A stretch of 64,000 nt of DNA from Candidatus Saccharimonadales bacterium (GTDB lineage Bacteria; Patescibacteriota; Saccharimonadia; Saccharimonadales; UBA4665). Of this stretch, positions 23,611 to 34,441 are shown piece after piece. Under the pieces are notes generated by a model. That model had not been told where the DNA came from and did no database searches. It was given only the letters and a program-made list of their open reading frames with translations. Position 1 is the stretch's first letter. Every line of letters begins with the position of its first letter. The stretch spans positions 6,143-70,142 of the forward strand of contig DASZYT010000001.1 in the NCBI GenBank assembly GCA_035545275.1. The letters are read 5' to 3'. The translations under genes were made by a program, and so were the position numbers.

Positions 23611-23752
23611 CTGCTCGCAGAGAACTGAACTCCGGAGGAGTTCGTTCACAAAGGCCACGCGCAGCTGCTTGCAGCCAGCCGGCTTATCTGGCTACCCTCA
23701 GCGGGGATACAGAGAGTAGAAAATTGATTTTTAGACGCTTTATATTACTATT

Positions 23753-24115
23753 ATGGTACGTCCAATCAATCGATTGGCTTGCGTCGTTCTTGGAGGTATT
23801 GTGACATCAGGCAGAGCGTTTTTACTTGCGCTGGCCTATGCCGGCAAATGGTTCATGGGCATGTTTATCGGGCTTTCCATGGTGTTTATGATCATCACGG
23901 CGCCACGAGACAGTCCAGACAATCCGCCCCGCACCGTATTCATTCTGCTAGCCATTTCGGCCAGCATTGCTGCTGCCCTAGCGCTCTGGGTGTTCTTCTC
24001 TTCCCTGTACGGCATCCTGGAGGAGCAGATACCAGGCCAGAAAGCACAGCAGACAGAAGGCACTGAACCCGAGGACAACTCAGCAGAGACGCAACATGGG
24101 CTCGAGACCGAATAG
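23753..24115 (+). CDS. hypothetical membrane protein with an acidic C-tail
   Basis: 120 aa, 3 TM helices, tail ..QKAQQTEGTEPEDNSAETQHGLETE. Confidence 0.5.
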   Translation: MVRPINRLACVVLGGIVTSGRAFLLALAYAGKWFMGMFIGLSMVFMIITAPRDSPDNPPRTVFILLAISASIAAALALWVFFSSLYGILEEQIPGQKAQQTEGTEPEDNSAETQHGLETE

Positions 24116-24339
24116 TCTTGCGTCCGACGAGGGAGAGGTTGTAGTGAGCAGCAAAGGTAGTCACGACCGTGGCATCTTTCTGCTCCTGCACCCCCTCGCT
24201 ACATCCGTTTGTTCTGATATGCCCTGTCCACCAGGGCTTTTAATACGTAAAGAGGGACTTTCCTAGACGCGGTCGGCTTTTTATTTTAAGCAATAACGGT
24301 ATATACTGGGAGGGAAGTCTAATCTGGTGGGAACCCAAT

Positions 24340-25776
24340 ATGCAAATTACTACAGCTGTGCCTAACGTGCCGCTCAGGCAGTTCAAGCGGACAAAAATTA
24401 TTGCAACGGTCGGGCCGGCCACGCATAGCTATGAGGCCGTATTGGCGCTCATTAAGGGTGGGGCAAATGGGTTACGTCTCAATTTTAGCCACGGCACACA
24501 CGAAGAGCACGCCCAGCGCATCAAGTGGATCCGCCAAGCGAGCAAAGAATATGGCAAGCCGGTAGCTGTCATCCAAGACCTGCAGGGCCCCAAAATTCGC
24601 TTAGGTGATTTTGACGGCATCGTCAACATTCAAAAGGGCCAGGCGGTAAGCTTTGCCTACCAGGCTGACTACGAGAAAACCGGGCACCTGCCCACACAAT
24701 ACGACTTGAGTGAAAAGGTCAAACGAGGTGAACGGATATTTTTGTATGACGGCAAAGTGCGTACCACGGTTACGGCTGTGCGTGACGGCATTGTGTATGC
24801 GTCGGCCGAGAATGACGGCATCCTCATCAAGCGTAAAGGCATGAACCTGCCCGACACCGATTTTGGTGGCGACATTATCACTGCAAAGGATCGCAAAGAC
24901 CTGGTATTTGGTTCTACGCAGGACGTTGACTATGTTGCGCAAAGTTTCGTACAGACCGCTGAAGATATTGCCAACATGCGCACACTACTGCACAACGCCG
25001 GAAGCAGCGATGTAAAGATTATTGCTAAAATTGAGACCAACGCTGCCGTTGAAAATATCGAGACTATCGCCCGCGAAGCCGACGCTTTGATGGTAGCCCG
25101 GGGAGATCTGGCGGTAGAAACGCTGGCCGAGAGCGTGCCAATTGTGCAGCGCCAAATCGTAGGCTTGGGTCTAAAATACGCCAAGCCGACTATTATCGCT
25201 ACGCAAATGCTAGCCAGTATGACCGATATGCCTGAGCCGACACGCGCTGAAGTCTCCGATATAGCCACGGCAGTCCTCATAGGGGCAGATTGTGTGATGC
25301 TCTCTGACGAAACGGCAAACGGCCATTATCCTATAGAGGCAATTAAGATGATGAAAAAGGTTACGCGTTATACCGAACAGCATTCTCCCTTGAGTGTAAC
25401 GTTTCACGAGCTTGAGGACCACAATCGTGAAAAGGCCATTTCTAAGGCTGTCATTAGCCTGGCGGAAAGCATCGATGCCAAGGCCATCGTAGCCGAGACC
25501 AAATCAGGGGCCACGGCTGTACAAATTGCTGCGCGCCGAAGCACCATTCCACTCATAGCCGTTACGAGCGATGTACGTACCGCGCAGCAGCTGGCTATTG
25601 TGTATGAAGTAAAAAGCTATGTGCGACCCGCCGATCATGAAGCGGCCATCAAACTTACCAACTGGTTGCAGGAAAATAAAGTATTAAGCAAAGGTGATGT
25701 GGTGGTAACGGCGAGCGGGCGCTACCCGGGTGTGGTAGGCACCACTGACACGATAAAAGTCCGTGTGCTAGAATAA
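24340..25776 (+). CDS. pyk: pyruvate kinase
   Basis: KIIATVGPA, GANGLRLNFSHG, IAKIE, MVARGDL, ATQML and DVATAV-type motifs; 478 aa. Confidence 0.9.
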   Translation: MQITTAVPNVPLRQFKRTKIIATVGPATHSYEAVLALIKGGANGLRLNFSHGTHEEHAQRIKWIRQASKEYGKPVAVIQDLQGPKIRLGDFDGIVNIQKGQAVSFAYQADYEKTGHLPTQYDLSEKVKRGERIFLYDGKVRTTVTAVRDGIVYASAENDGILIKRKGMNLPDTDFGGDIITAKDRKDLVFGSTQDVDYVAQSFVQTAEDIANMRTLLHNAGSSDVKIIAKIETNAAVENIETIAREADALMVARGDLAVETLAESVPIVQRQIVGLGLKYAKPTIIATQMLASMTDMPEPTRAEVSDIATAVLIGADCVMLSDETANGHYPIEAIKMMKKVTRYTEQHSPLSVTFHELEDHNREKAISKAVISLAESIDAKAIVAETKSGATAVQIAARRSTIPLIAVTSDVRTAQQLAIVYEVKSYVRPADHEAAIKLTNWLQENKVLSKGDVVVTASGRYPGVVGTTDTIKVRVLE

Positions 25777-25804
25777 AATCAAAGCATAAGCAGGGTGGGA
25801 AAAC

Positions 25805-27085
25805 TTGTTCACGAAGAAAACAATCCGTGATATCGACCTGGAAGGAAAACGAGTTCTGTTGCGGGCCGACTACAATGTGCCGGTCGAAAACGGTAAAATC
25901 ACCGACGATTACCGCATCCAAAAATCGCTTCCGACGGTAAAGTATTTGCTGGAGCACAAGGCCAAACTTATTATCTGCTCTCATCTGGGCCGGCCGGAAG
26001 GTCCCAACGATGCCGACAGTCTGTTTCCGGTGGCCAAGAAATTGCAGGAGCTAGTGGGCCAAGATGTAGAGTTTGTACCTGATTGCGTCGGTGAACGGGC
26101 CGAAAAAGCAGCCAAAAGCCTTCAGGCTGGTCACGTTATGCTGCTCGAAAACCTGCGCTTTCACCCCGAAGAAGAAAAGAACGACGAGAGCTTTGCCAAG
26201 CAACTCGCCAGCCTGGCAGACGTGTTCGTACAGGACGGTTTCGGCGTCGTACATCGCGCCCACGCCAGCACAGAGGGGGTCACACACTTCTTGCCCAGTG
26301 TGGCTGGCTTTTTGCTCGAGAAAGAAGTTGACACTATTACCGAAGTCATGGAAAACCCGAAGCGGCCGCTCATGGCTGTCATTGGCGGTGCCAAGATTGC
26401 CGACAAAATAGACATTTTGCACAAGTTTATCGACATCGCCGACTTCGTAGCCATCGGTGGCGCCATGGCCAACACGTTTTTGCTCGCGCAGGGCAACAAG
26501 ATCGGGACCAGTTTGGCCGACAAAGACGAAGTGGCCGTCGCGCGCGACGTACTGTCTAAGGCCCACCACAAGGCCACACAGCGCGACTTTATCTTCTATA
26601 CACCACAGGATGTGGTGGTGGCACACAAAATGGACAAAACTGCTCCAACCCGCATCGTGGACCTCAGTGCGCACGTGGTAGCAGAAATTGAAAATTACCC
26701 CAAACGGCCACCACACACGGCCAGCGTGGTGGGTGAGCACGAGATGATACTCGACATCGGCCCCTTCAGCGCCTCGTTCATTGCCGGCCTTATGCAAGCG
26801 GCCAGCACGGTGGTATGGAACGGTGCAGTGGGCGTGACGGAAGTCCCGAGCCTGCAAGGGCCCATCGGCCCATTCGCACACGGCACCGACATTGTTATGG
26901 AATCTATCCTGGGCCAATTTGGTCACAAACCGTTTAGCCTGGTGGGTGGTGGCGACACCGTGGGGTACATTGAAAACCGCAAGATGGTAGACCATTTTGA
27001 CCATGTCTCCACAGGGGGCGGCGCGTCACTAGAATTGATGGCCGGGCGCACATTGCCAGGCGTCGAAGCGTTACAAGATAAATGA
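25805..27085 (+). CDS. pgk: phosphoglycerate kinase
   Basis: TTG start. LEGKRVLLRADYNVP, SHLGRP, GGAKIADKI, STGGGASLE; 426 aa. Confidence 0.9.
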   Translation: MFTKKTIRDIDLEGKRVLLRADYNVPVENGKITDDYRIQKSLPTVKYLLEHKAKLIICSHLGRPEGPNDADSLFPVAKKLQELVGQDVEFVPDCVGERAEKAAKSLQAGHVMLLENLRFHPEEEKNDESFAKQLASLADVFVQDGFGVVHRAHASTEGVTHFLPSVAGFLLEKEVDTITEVMENPKRPLMAVIGGAKIADKIDILHKFIDIADFVAIGGAMANTFLLAQGNKIGTSLADKDEVAVARDVLSKAHHKATQRDFIFYTPQDVVVAHKMDKTAPTRIVDLSAHVVAEIENYPKRPPHTASVVGEHEMILDIGPFSASFIAGLMQAASTVVWNGAVGVTEVPSLQGPIGPFAHGTDIVMESILGQFGHKPFSLVGGGDTVGYIENRKMVDHFDHVSTGGGASLELMAGRTLPGVEALQDK

Positions 27086-27107
27086 TGTACAATAAACCAT
27101 AAGAAAT

Positions 27108-27893
27108 ATGCGCAAAATAATGATAGCCGGTAACTGGAAAATGAACCTCACCACGCACGAGGCAAGTTTGCTGGTACATCGGCTAAACCAACACATCCCG
27201 GCGCATCGTAATATCGAGGTGGTGCTGGCTCCGACCGTGTTGACCTTGCAGCCGCTCAGCCACGAGGTGGACCGGCATAAGTTTCGCTTGAGCGCGCAAA
27301 ATGCCTACCACAAAGACGAGGGGGCATTTACGGGCGAGGTGTCGTTTGCGATGCTGCGCGACCTGGTGCATTACTGCATCATCGGGCACAGCGAGCGGCG
27401 TATCTACTTCGGTGAAGACCTTGAGACCGTCCGTGACAAAGTCGCTGCCGCCGTACGCAATGGCATTACACCCATTTTGTGCATCGGCGAAACCAAAGAA
27501 GAGCGTAGTGCCGGCGAAACCAAGCAGGTTTTGCACGATCAGCTCACGACGGCGCTTGCCAACGTTACCTCTGAAGATATCTCCGACATGGTCGTAGCCT
27601 ACGAACCGGTGTGGGCTATCAGCACATTTGGCGGAGAGTACGCCAAGCCTGATGACATGCAGCACGTCATCGATTTTATCCGCCTGCAGATCCATGAACT
27701 CTACGGGCAGCGCGCCGCAGAAGAGGTGCGGGTACTGTATGGCGGCAGCGTCAACAAAGACACGGTGGGCGGCTATTTGGAAGTAAAAGGATGTGACGGT
27801 GCACTTGTTGGTGCAGCGAGCCTCAATTATGAGCAGTTTGCCGGTATCGTAGAAGTAGCCGACCACGTCCAGCACGCCCGGAAGGAAGACTGA
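27108..27893 (+). CDS. tpiA: triosephosphate isomerase
   Basis: IAGNWKMN, IIGHSERR, AYEPVWAI, YGGSV. Confidence 0.9.
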   Translation: MRKIMIAGNWKMNLTTHEASLLVHRLNQHIPAHRNIEVVLAPTVLTLQPLSHEVDRHKFRLSAQNAYHKDEGAFTGEVSFAMLRDLVHYCIIGHSERRIYFGEDLETVRDKVAAAVRNGITPILCIGETKEERSAGETKQVLHDQLTTALANVTSEDISDMVVAYEPVWAISTFGGEYAKPDDMQHVIDFIRLQIHELYGQRAAEEVRVLYGGSVNKDTVGGYLEVKGCDGALVGAASLNYEQFAGIVEVADHVQHARKED

Positions 27894-28675
27894 TGGCCAA
27901 ATCAACCTCAGACTCTGTCGCAAAACCAGACACCACCAAAAAGGTGTTTGATATTTCCCACCCCGGCAAGACCACGCCCAGCGCCACTTCGCGTCCGGTC
28001 ATCGTTACAAACCGGCCCATCATGAAGGATCCTATGATGTCGGAGGGGAGCGCACCCACTGACTCCTCTGAAGCCCCCAAAGAAGAGCAGGCACTCTCGC
28101 ACACTGCCAGCAAGATAAAGATTACTCCGCTTAGTGTAGCCGACAGTAATGATAAGCCCACCGAAGAGCCACCAAAGGAGCCTGCGGACACTGCGGCGAC
28201 ATCTAAAGACGAGCCCGCACCAGTCGATGAGACACCTACGTCTGAAGAGGTGGGTGCTACGCCCGATGAGCCTGAGGCGGCAGAGACTACCGACGATGCT
28301 GACTCAGTGAAACAAGCAGATGAAGCACCGGCCGAAGCACCCGAAGCTGCTTCTACCGAAGCGGCCACACAGCCAGCCCCAGACGACACTCCAGCCAAAG
28401 GTGAAGATCCCGCCAAACAAGCGCTCGATACCGAGGCAGCTGAAGCCGAGGCCAAGAAGCAGGCCGACCGCCAAGCTGAACTGGAAAAAGTCATCGACAG
28501 CCAAAAATATGCCTTGCCAATCAACACCGTCAAAAAACGTCGCATAACCCGCACCTTGCTGGTGAGTATCCTTGTGATTGTGGTGCTAGGTGTGGCCTCG
28601 GCCGATCTGGCCATGGATGCCGGTGTGTTGCACGTCAACGGCGTAAAGCCAGTTACCCACTTCTTTAAGAAATAA
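27893..28675 (+). CDS. acidic, disordered protein with a single C-terminal TM helix
   Basis: The ATG overlaps the tpiA stop (TGATG). About 200 aa rich in E/D/P/A/T/S, then RRITRTLLVSILVIVVLGVASADLA TM; 260 aa. Confidence 0.55.
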   Translation: MAKSTSDSVAKPDTTKKVFDISHPGKTTPSATSRPVIVTNRPIMKDPMMSEGSAPTDSSEAPKEEQALSHTASKIKITPLSVADSNDKPTEEPPKEPADTAATSKDEPAPVDETPTSEEVGATPDEPEAAETTDDADSVKQADEAPAEAPEAASTEAATQPAPDDTPAKGEDPAKQALDTEAAEAEAKKQADRQAELEKVIDSQKYALPINTVKKRRITRTLLVSILVIVVLGVASADLAMDAGVLHVNGVKPVTHFFKK

Positions 28676-28719
28676 AATTTACACCACCTAACTCACCCTG
28701 CCTTTGTTAAAATAGATAG

Positions 28720-30900
<2,181 letters not shown>

Positions 30901-30908
30901 TATAATAC

Positions 30909-30982
30909 GAAAAGAGCAGCCGGAGCAGCCGAATTTATTTCGGCTCACCGCGCGATGAGAAAAACCGCTAGGTTTGTCTCAT
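30909..30982. repeat. copy 2 (inverted) of the two-hairpin repeat family, between the 48-nt direct repeats
   Basis: Reverse complement: ATGAGACAAACCTAGCGGTTTTTCTCAT CGCGCGGTG AGCCGAAATAAATTCGGCT GCTCCGGCTGCTCTTTTC. Hairpin 1 differs from copy 1 by one nt. Hairpin 2 has a different but still complementary stem. Confidence 0.6.
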
Positions 30983-30992
30983 GGTGTTCTAT

Positions 30993-31040
30993 GGTAAGGG
31001 CACCCGTAAGCTCAACGTCTCCTTCGCTCCCCTCGAGAAA
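30993..31040 (+). repeat. direct repeat copy B (displaced pcrA 3' end followed by CGG TAA)
   Basis: 48/48 identical to 30844-30891. In frame it would end ..APLEKR*, whereas the expressed gene ends ..APLEKLS*. Confidence 0.9.
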
Positions 31041-31126
31041 CGGTAATCAGGCGTAGCCGGCATAGTTTGGTACAATAGTATGAGGCGCCAAAGAAGTGGG
31101 GTAACATCCTGCTTGGCGAATGACAT

Positions 31127-32392
31127 ATGAAATTTCGGGTGAAGAAGCGATATCAGGCGGCCCAGCGCAAGCACATCCGGCGGTTCAAAATGTGGAGCCG
31201 TCATCCGTTTGCGGTCCCTTTCGTTCTTTTTCTTGCTCTTATTGTGCTGGGCGCAATCACGTTCAAGATATTGGCCGTCAGCGAGCCGCCGCAGCGTGAC
31301 GCCAAAGTAGTTATCATCTCGCACGACCACGTGCAGCAGACGGTGCCCAGCATCGAGCCTACCGTAGGGGCGCTGCTTAGCAAACTTAAAATTACTCTCA
31401 ACGAAGGCGATGTGGTGGAGCCAGCGCTTGATACGCCCATTGTCCAGGATGATTTCCGTATCAACATCTACCGTGCGGTGCCGGTAGAAATTACCGACGG
31501 TGTTCATCGGACGTACACCTTTAGCGCCGACACCACGGGGCGCAGCATCGCCGCTCAGGCAAATGTCACGGTAAACCCCGAAGACAACGTAGCAATCGTA
31601 CCGGCCCAAAACTTTGTTACCGACATGGCTATTGGCCAGCGTGTAGTTATTGACCACGCGTTGCCAGTTACCCTCAATCTGTATGGTGATCGCATAGCCA
31701 CCCGCACCCATGCCAAAACCGTGGGGCAGCTTTTGAGCGATAAAAATGTACAGCTAAAGTCGGGCGACAATGTAGTGCCCTCGGCCGATACGACAGTGAC
31801 GGCTGGCATGCAGGTCTATGTTATCCGCAAGGGGGTCAAAGTGGTGACCCAGACCGTGGCCATCCCTATGCCGGTAGACACCATTCAAGATTCAAGTCTG
31901 GCCTATGGCACCTCTGCCGTTCGGCAGCACGGCTCAAACGGTAAAAAAGTGGTAACGTACCAAATCCATACCGAAAACGGTCATGAGGTCAGCCGCACTG
32001 AACTTCAGTCGGTTATCACGGTACAGCCGGTTACCCAAATCGTGGTGGTTGGTACCAACCTCAGCGGTATCAAGGGCGACATGGCGCTGGCAGGCATTCA
32101 GCCGTCAGACTATCAATACGCCGATTACATCATTAGCCACGAGTCCGGCTGGTGTCCCACCAAGTGGCAGGGCGAATATGGCAGCTGCCCGGCTTATCAC
32201 GGCGCACCGACCGCTTCGTACATTGGCTACGGTCTTTGCCAGGCTACACCAGGCTACAAAATGGAAAGTGCTGGTTCAGACTGGGCTACCAACCCCATTA
32301 CGCAACTTCGGTGGTGCAGTGGCTACGCTACGGCTCGGTACGGCACGTGGTATTATGCATACCTGCACTGGCTTAATTACCACAACTGGTAG
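31127..32392 (+). CDS. RpfB-like cell-wall protein: TM anchor, DUF348 repeats, G5 domain, C-terminal transglycosylase-like domain
   Basis: N-terminal TM, repeated ..TVG.LL....I.L...D.V.P..DT.. (DUF348-like), G5-like ..YGTSAVRQHGSNGKKVVTYQI.., and C-terminal ..YIISHESGWCPTKW..GYGLCQA... Start uncertain (31127 or ATG about 31190). Confidence 0.75.
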   Translation: MKFRVKKRYQAAQRKHIRRFKMWSRHPFAVPFVLFLALIVLGAITFKILAVSEPPQRDAKVVIISHDHVQQTVPSIEPTVGALLSKLKITLNEGDVVEPALDTPIVQDDFRINIYRAVPVEITDGVHRTYTFSADTTGRSIAAQANVTVNPEDNVAIVPAQNFVTDMAIGQRVVIDHALPVTLNLYGDRIATRTHAKTVGQLLSDKNVQLKSGDNVVPSADTTVTAGMQVYVIRKGVKVVTQTVAIPMPVDTIQDSSLAYGTSAVRQHGSNGKKVVTYQIHTENGHEVSRTELQSVITVQPVTQIVVVGTNLSGIKGDMALAGIQPSDYQYADYIISHESGWCPTKWQGEYGSCPAYHGAPTASYIGYGLCQATPGYKMESAGSDWATNPITQLRWCSGYATARYGTWYYAYLHWLNYHNW

Positions 32393-32396
32393 CCGA

Positions 32397-33185
32397 ATGG
32401 AACAAAAATTGCCATATGCAAAAAAATCGCTCGGGCAGCACTGGCTGCACGACGAGTTGAGCCTGGAGGCCATGTGCTTAGCGGCCGACGTAGGGCTAAC
32501 AGATACGGTACTCGAGGTTGGGCCGGGCCTCGGTACGCTCACCGAGCTGCTGGTGCAGCGAGCCCAGCAGGTCGTAGCAGTAGAATTCGACGAAGCGTTG
32601 GCCCGTGAGTTGCCAGCGCGGGTGCGGGCGGCCAATCTCCACATCGAATCGTCCGATATCCTGTCGTTTGACCTCACCAACATGCCGCCCGGCTACAAAG
32701 TGGTGGCCAACATCCCGTATTATCTCACCAGCAATCTTATCCGCGTGTTGTCCGAAACGCCCAATCCTCCTAGTATTGCGGTGCTCTTGGTGCAAAAAGA
32801 AGTAGCCCAGCGCGTGGCAGCCAAAGCGGGTGATATGTCAACGCTCAGTGTCACCGCGCAGTACTATTGGCAGGTTAGCCTGGCCGACGAAGTGCCGGCC
32901 GAGCTGTTTACGCCGCCGCCAAAGGTTGATTCGCAGATATTGGTGCTCAAGCGTCACCCGCAACCGCTGTTTCCGAACGTCGATACTAAAGTATTTTTCA
33001 AGCTGGTAAAGGCGGGGTTTGGCGAGCGCCGCAAAAAGCTGCGCAGCTCTTTGAGTGGCGGGTTGCACATAGCAAAAGGGCAAGCTGAGCAACTGCTGGC
33101 CGCCGCCAGCATCGACCCAAACTTGCGTGCCCAGGCACTCTCGCTCGAGCAGTGGCACCAGCTCTATGTGGCGTATAGCGCATAA
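32397..33185 (+). CDS. rsmA: 16S rRNA (adenine1518/1519-N6)-dimethyltransferase
   Basis: From ATG 32397: MEQKLPYAKKSLGQHWL, SAM motif VLEVGPGLGTLT, NIPYY. The long upstream extension in the track ORF overlaps the previous gene. Confidence 0.9.
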   Translation: MEQKLPYAKKSLGQHWLHDELSLEAMCLAADVGLTDTVLEVGPGLGTLTELLVQRAQQVVAVEFDEALARELPARVRAANLHIESSDILSFDLTNMPPGYKVVANIPYYLTSNLIRVLSETPNPPSIAVLLVQKEVAQRVAAKAGDMSTLSVTAQYYWQVSLADEVPAELFTPPPKVDSQILVLKRHPQPLFPNVDTKVFFKLVKAGFGERRKKLRSSLSGGLHIAKGQAEQLLAAASIDPNLRAQALSLEQWHQLYVAYSA

Positions 33186-33205
33186 AGGAGATGCAGGTCA
33201 ATGTT

Positions 33206-33249
33206 AAATCCGAGTTAACTCGGATTTAAAGCGGAGTTAACTCCGCTTT
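33206..33249. terminator. two abutting perfect 22-nt palindromes (probable bidirectional terminator pair)
   Basis: AAATCCGAGTTAACTCGGATTT (33206-33227) is immediately followed by AAAGCGGAGTTAACTCCGCTTT (33228-33249). Both share the core GAGTTAACTC and have A/T runs on both sides. Confidence 0.5.
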
Positions 33250-33332
33250 CCGCATCGGCTGCGTGTAGTAAAACCCAGACGCCAGGCGGCAAATCATACC
33301 CCACTTCTCTGCCGGTTTGCAACAATCAGTGC

Positions 33333-33421
33333 CACGTGGCGTGGAAGTTTCGTGGGCGCTAAGCGACGCCACGTGAATTATCGCACACATACTTGACTTG
33401 TTAAGCGTTAGCGCCATACTG
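33333..33421 (+). promoter_or_regulatory. marR upstream region: 9-bp inverted repeat plus candidate promoter
   Basis: CACGTGGCG (33333-33341) and CGCCACGTG (33367-33375) are separated by 25 nt. TTGACT (33393-33398), 16-17 nt spacer, CATACT, about 20 nt before ATG 33441. Confidence 0.35.
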
Positions 33422-33440
33422 GGAAGCAGGTAAGCAAGCC

Positions 33441-33851
33441 ATGACTAGCGCTGATTCTATTAGTACTACCATCCACCATCTCTCTGCCCGTCTGAGCCGC
33501 GAAGCCGACCAGATTCTGCAGGAGCAACTTGGTCTCACCTTTTCCCAGTACAAAATCATGCAAACTATCCAGGACAGCCCGCGCGTGCAGCAGCGGGCAT
33601 TGGCGCTTTCGCTTGGCCAAACCGAGGCCAGCATTAGCCGCCAGGTAAAGCTATTGCTCGACAAGCAGCTCATCGTCATGCGTGTCAACCCGCACAACCG
33701 CCGCCAGCACCTTACCCAGCTGACGGTGCGCGGTGAGCGCATCCTGGGCGCTGCCCACACGGCCGTGTCCCGTTACTATGCCCACGTGCTGGGTCAGCTT
33801 AGCGATAAACAACAGTCACAACTTAGTCTGCTCCTCGGTACTATACAGTAA
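33441..33851 (+). CDS. MarR-family transcriptional regulator
   Basis: 136 aa with winged-HTH pattern ..LTFSQYKIMQTIQDSPRVQQRALALSLGQTEASISRQVKLLLDKQLI..R..NPHNRRQ..L.LT..G. Confidence 0.8.
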   Translation: MTSADSISTTIHHLSARLSREADQILQEQLGLTFSQYKIMQTIQDSPRVQQRALALSLGQTEASISRQVKLLLDKQLIVMRVNPHNRRQHLTQLTVRGERILGAAHTAVSRYYAHVLGQLSDKQQSQLSLLLGTIQ

Positions 33852-33877
33852 AATTGTGGCCAAAACGCTCATACTTA

Positions 33878-33886
33878 TGGTATAAT
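33878..33886 (+). promoter_or_regulatory. extended -10 element upstream of tmRNA
   Basis: TGGTATAAT, 29 nt upstream of the mature tmRNA 5' end. No good -35. Confidence 0.5.
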
Positions 33887-33914
33887 ATACAAAGCATCAG
33901 AGAGATGCAGACGA

Positions 33915-34314
33915 GGGGCTGAATTTTAAGCTCGACGTTGTACATTATCGGTTAGATCAGCAGGTCGCTTACTCAGCGTCATAGGGTAAACTCAATAACT
34001 GCAAAAGTTACTGATCGTGCAGCCACAGTTGCCTCGCTCGTTAAGAGCTGGGGCGCCAACTGGGCTCCACAAACTGTTCTGGCTTAAATAACCAGATCAA
34101 CGCTCAGAGTGACACCTGATAGTTCGAAAGCGTTTCATATCATCAGGTTGCCCAAGTACCGCTATCCGTAGTGCTTGTTAAGACCAGGATTGCTGCATAG
34201 GAATGTTTGTCCGCTTCGATACCCTGTGCCTAAGATTTTAAAACGGACTATACCTGTAGACGACTAACCAAGATAATACGACGGACGTGGGGGCAGTACC
34301 CACCAGCTCCACCA
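33915..34314 (+). ncRNA. ssrA: tmRNA (transfer-messenger RNA)
   Basis: The 5' GGGGCTGAATTTTAAGCTCGACG and 3' GGACGTGGGGGCAGTACCCACCAGCTCCACCA form the tRNA-Ala-like acceptor stem with G3:U70 and a T-arm. 400 nt in an ORF-free gap. An internal frame ends ..TVLA-TAA. Confidence 0.85.
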
Positions 34315-34321
34315 AAATAAG

Positions 34322-34350
34322 AACTTCATCTCACGATGGAGTTTTTATTT
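34322..34350 (+). terminator. terminator after tmRNA
   Basis: AACTTCATC-TCAC-GATGGAGTT (one G.T pair) followed by TTTATTT. Confidence 0.55.
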
Positions 34351-34441
34351 GGTTTGAGTTTTCAGTGATGACGGTCACATTACCATAAGCAGTTTAGTGA
34401 TAAATTATACAGTAGTAACCGTAAACACCGTAACTCTCTTC

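Noticed and set aside
26051-27004. 317-aa minus-strand ORF.
   Set aside because: It is entirely antisense to pgk, whose product has all the PGK motifs.
27823-28638. 271-aa minus-strand Ser/Ala-rich ORF.
   Set aside because: It is the antisense mirror of the acidic disordered + strand gene, which is translationally coupled to tpiA.
30989-31711. 240-aa minus-strand ORF.
   Set aside because: It is antisense to the DUF348/G5 cell-wall protein gene and spans the pcrA duplicate. No motifs.
31983-32396. 138-codon upstream extension of rsmA (track ORF 31983-33185).
   Set aside because: It overlaps the 3' third of the preceding cell-wall protein gene in another frame. The canonical RsmA N-terminus starts at ATG 32397.
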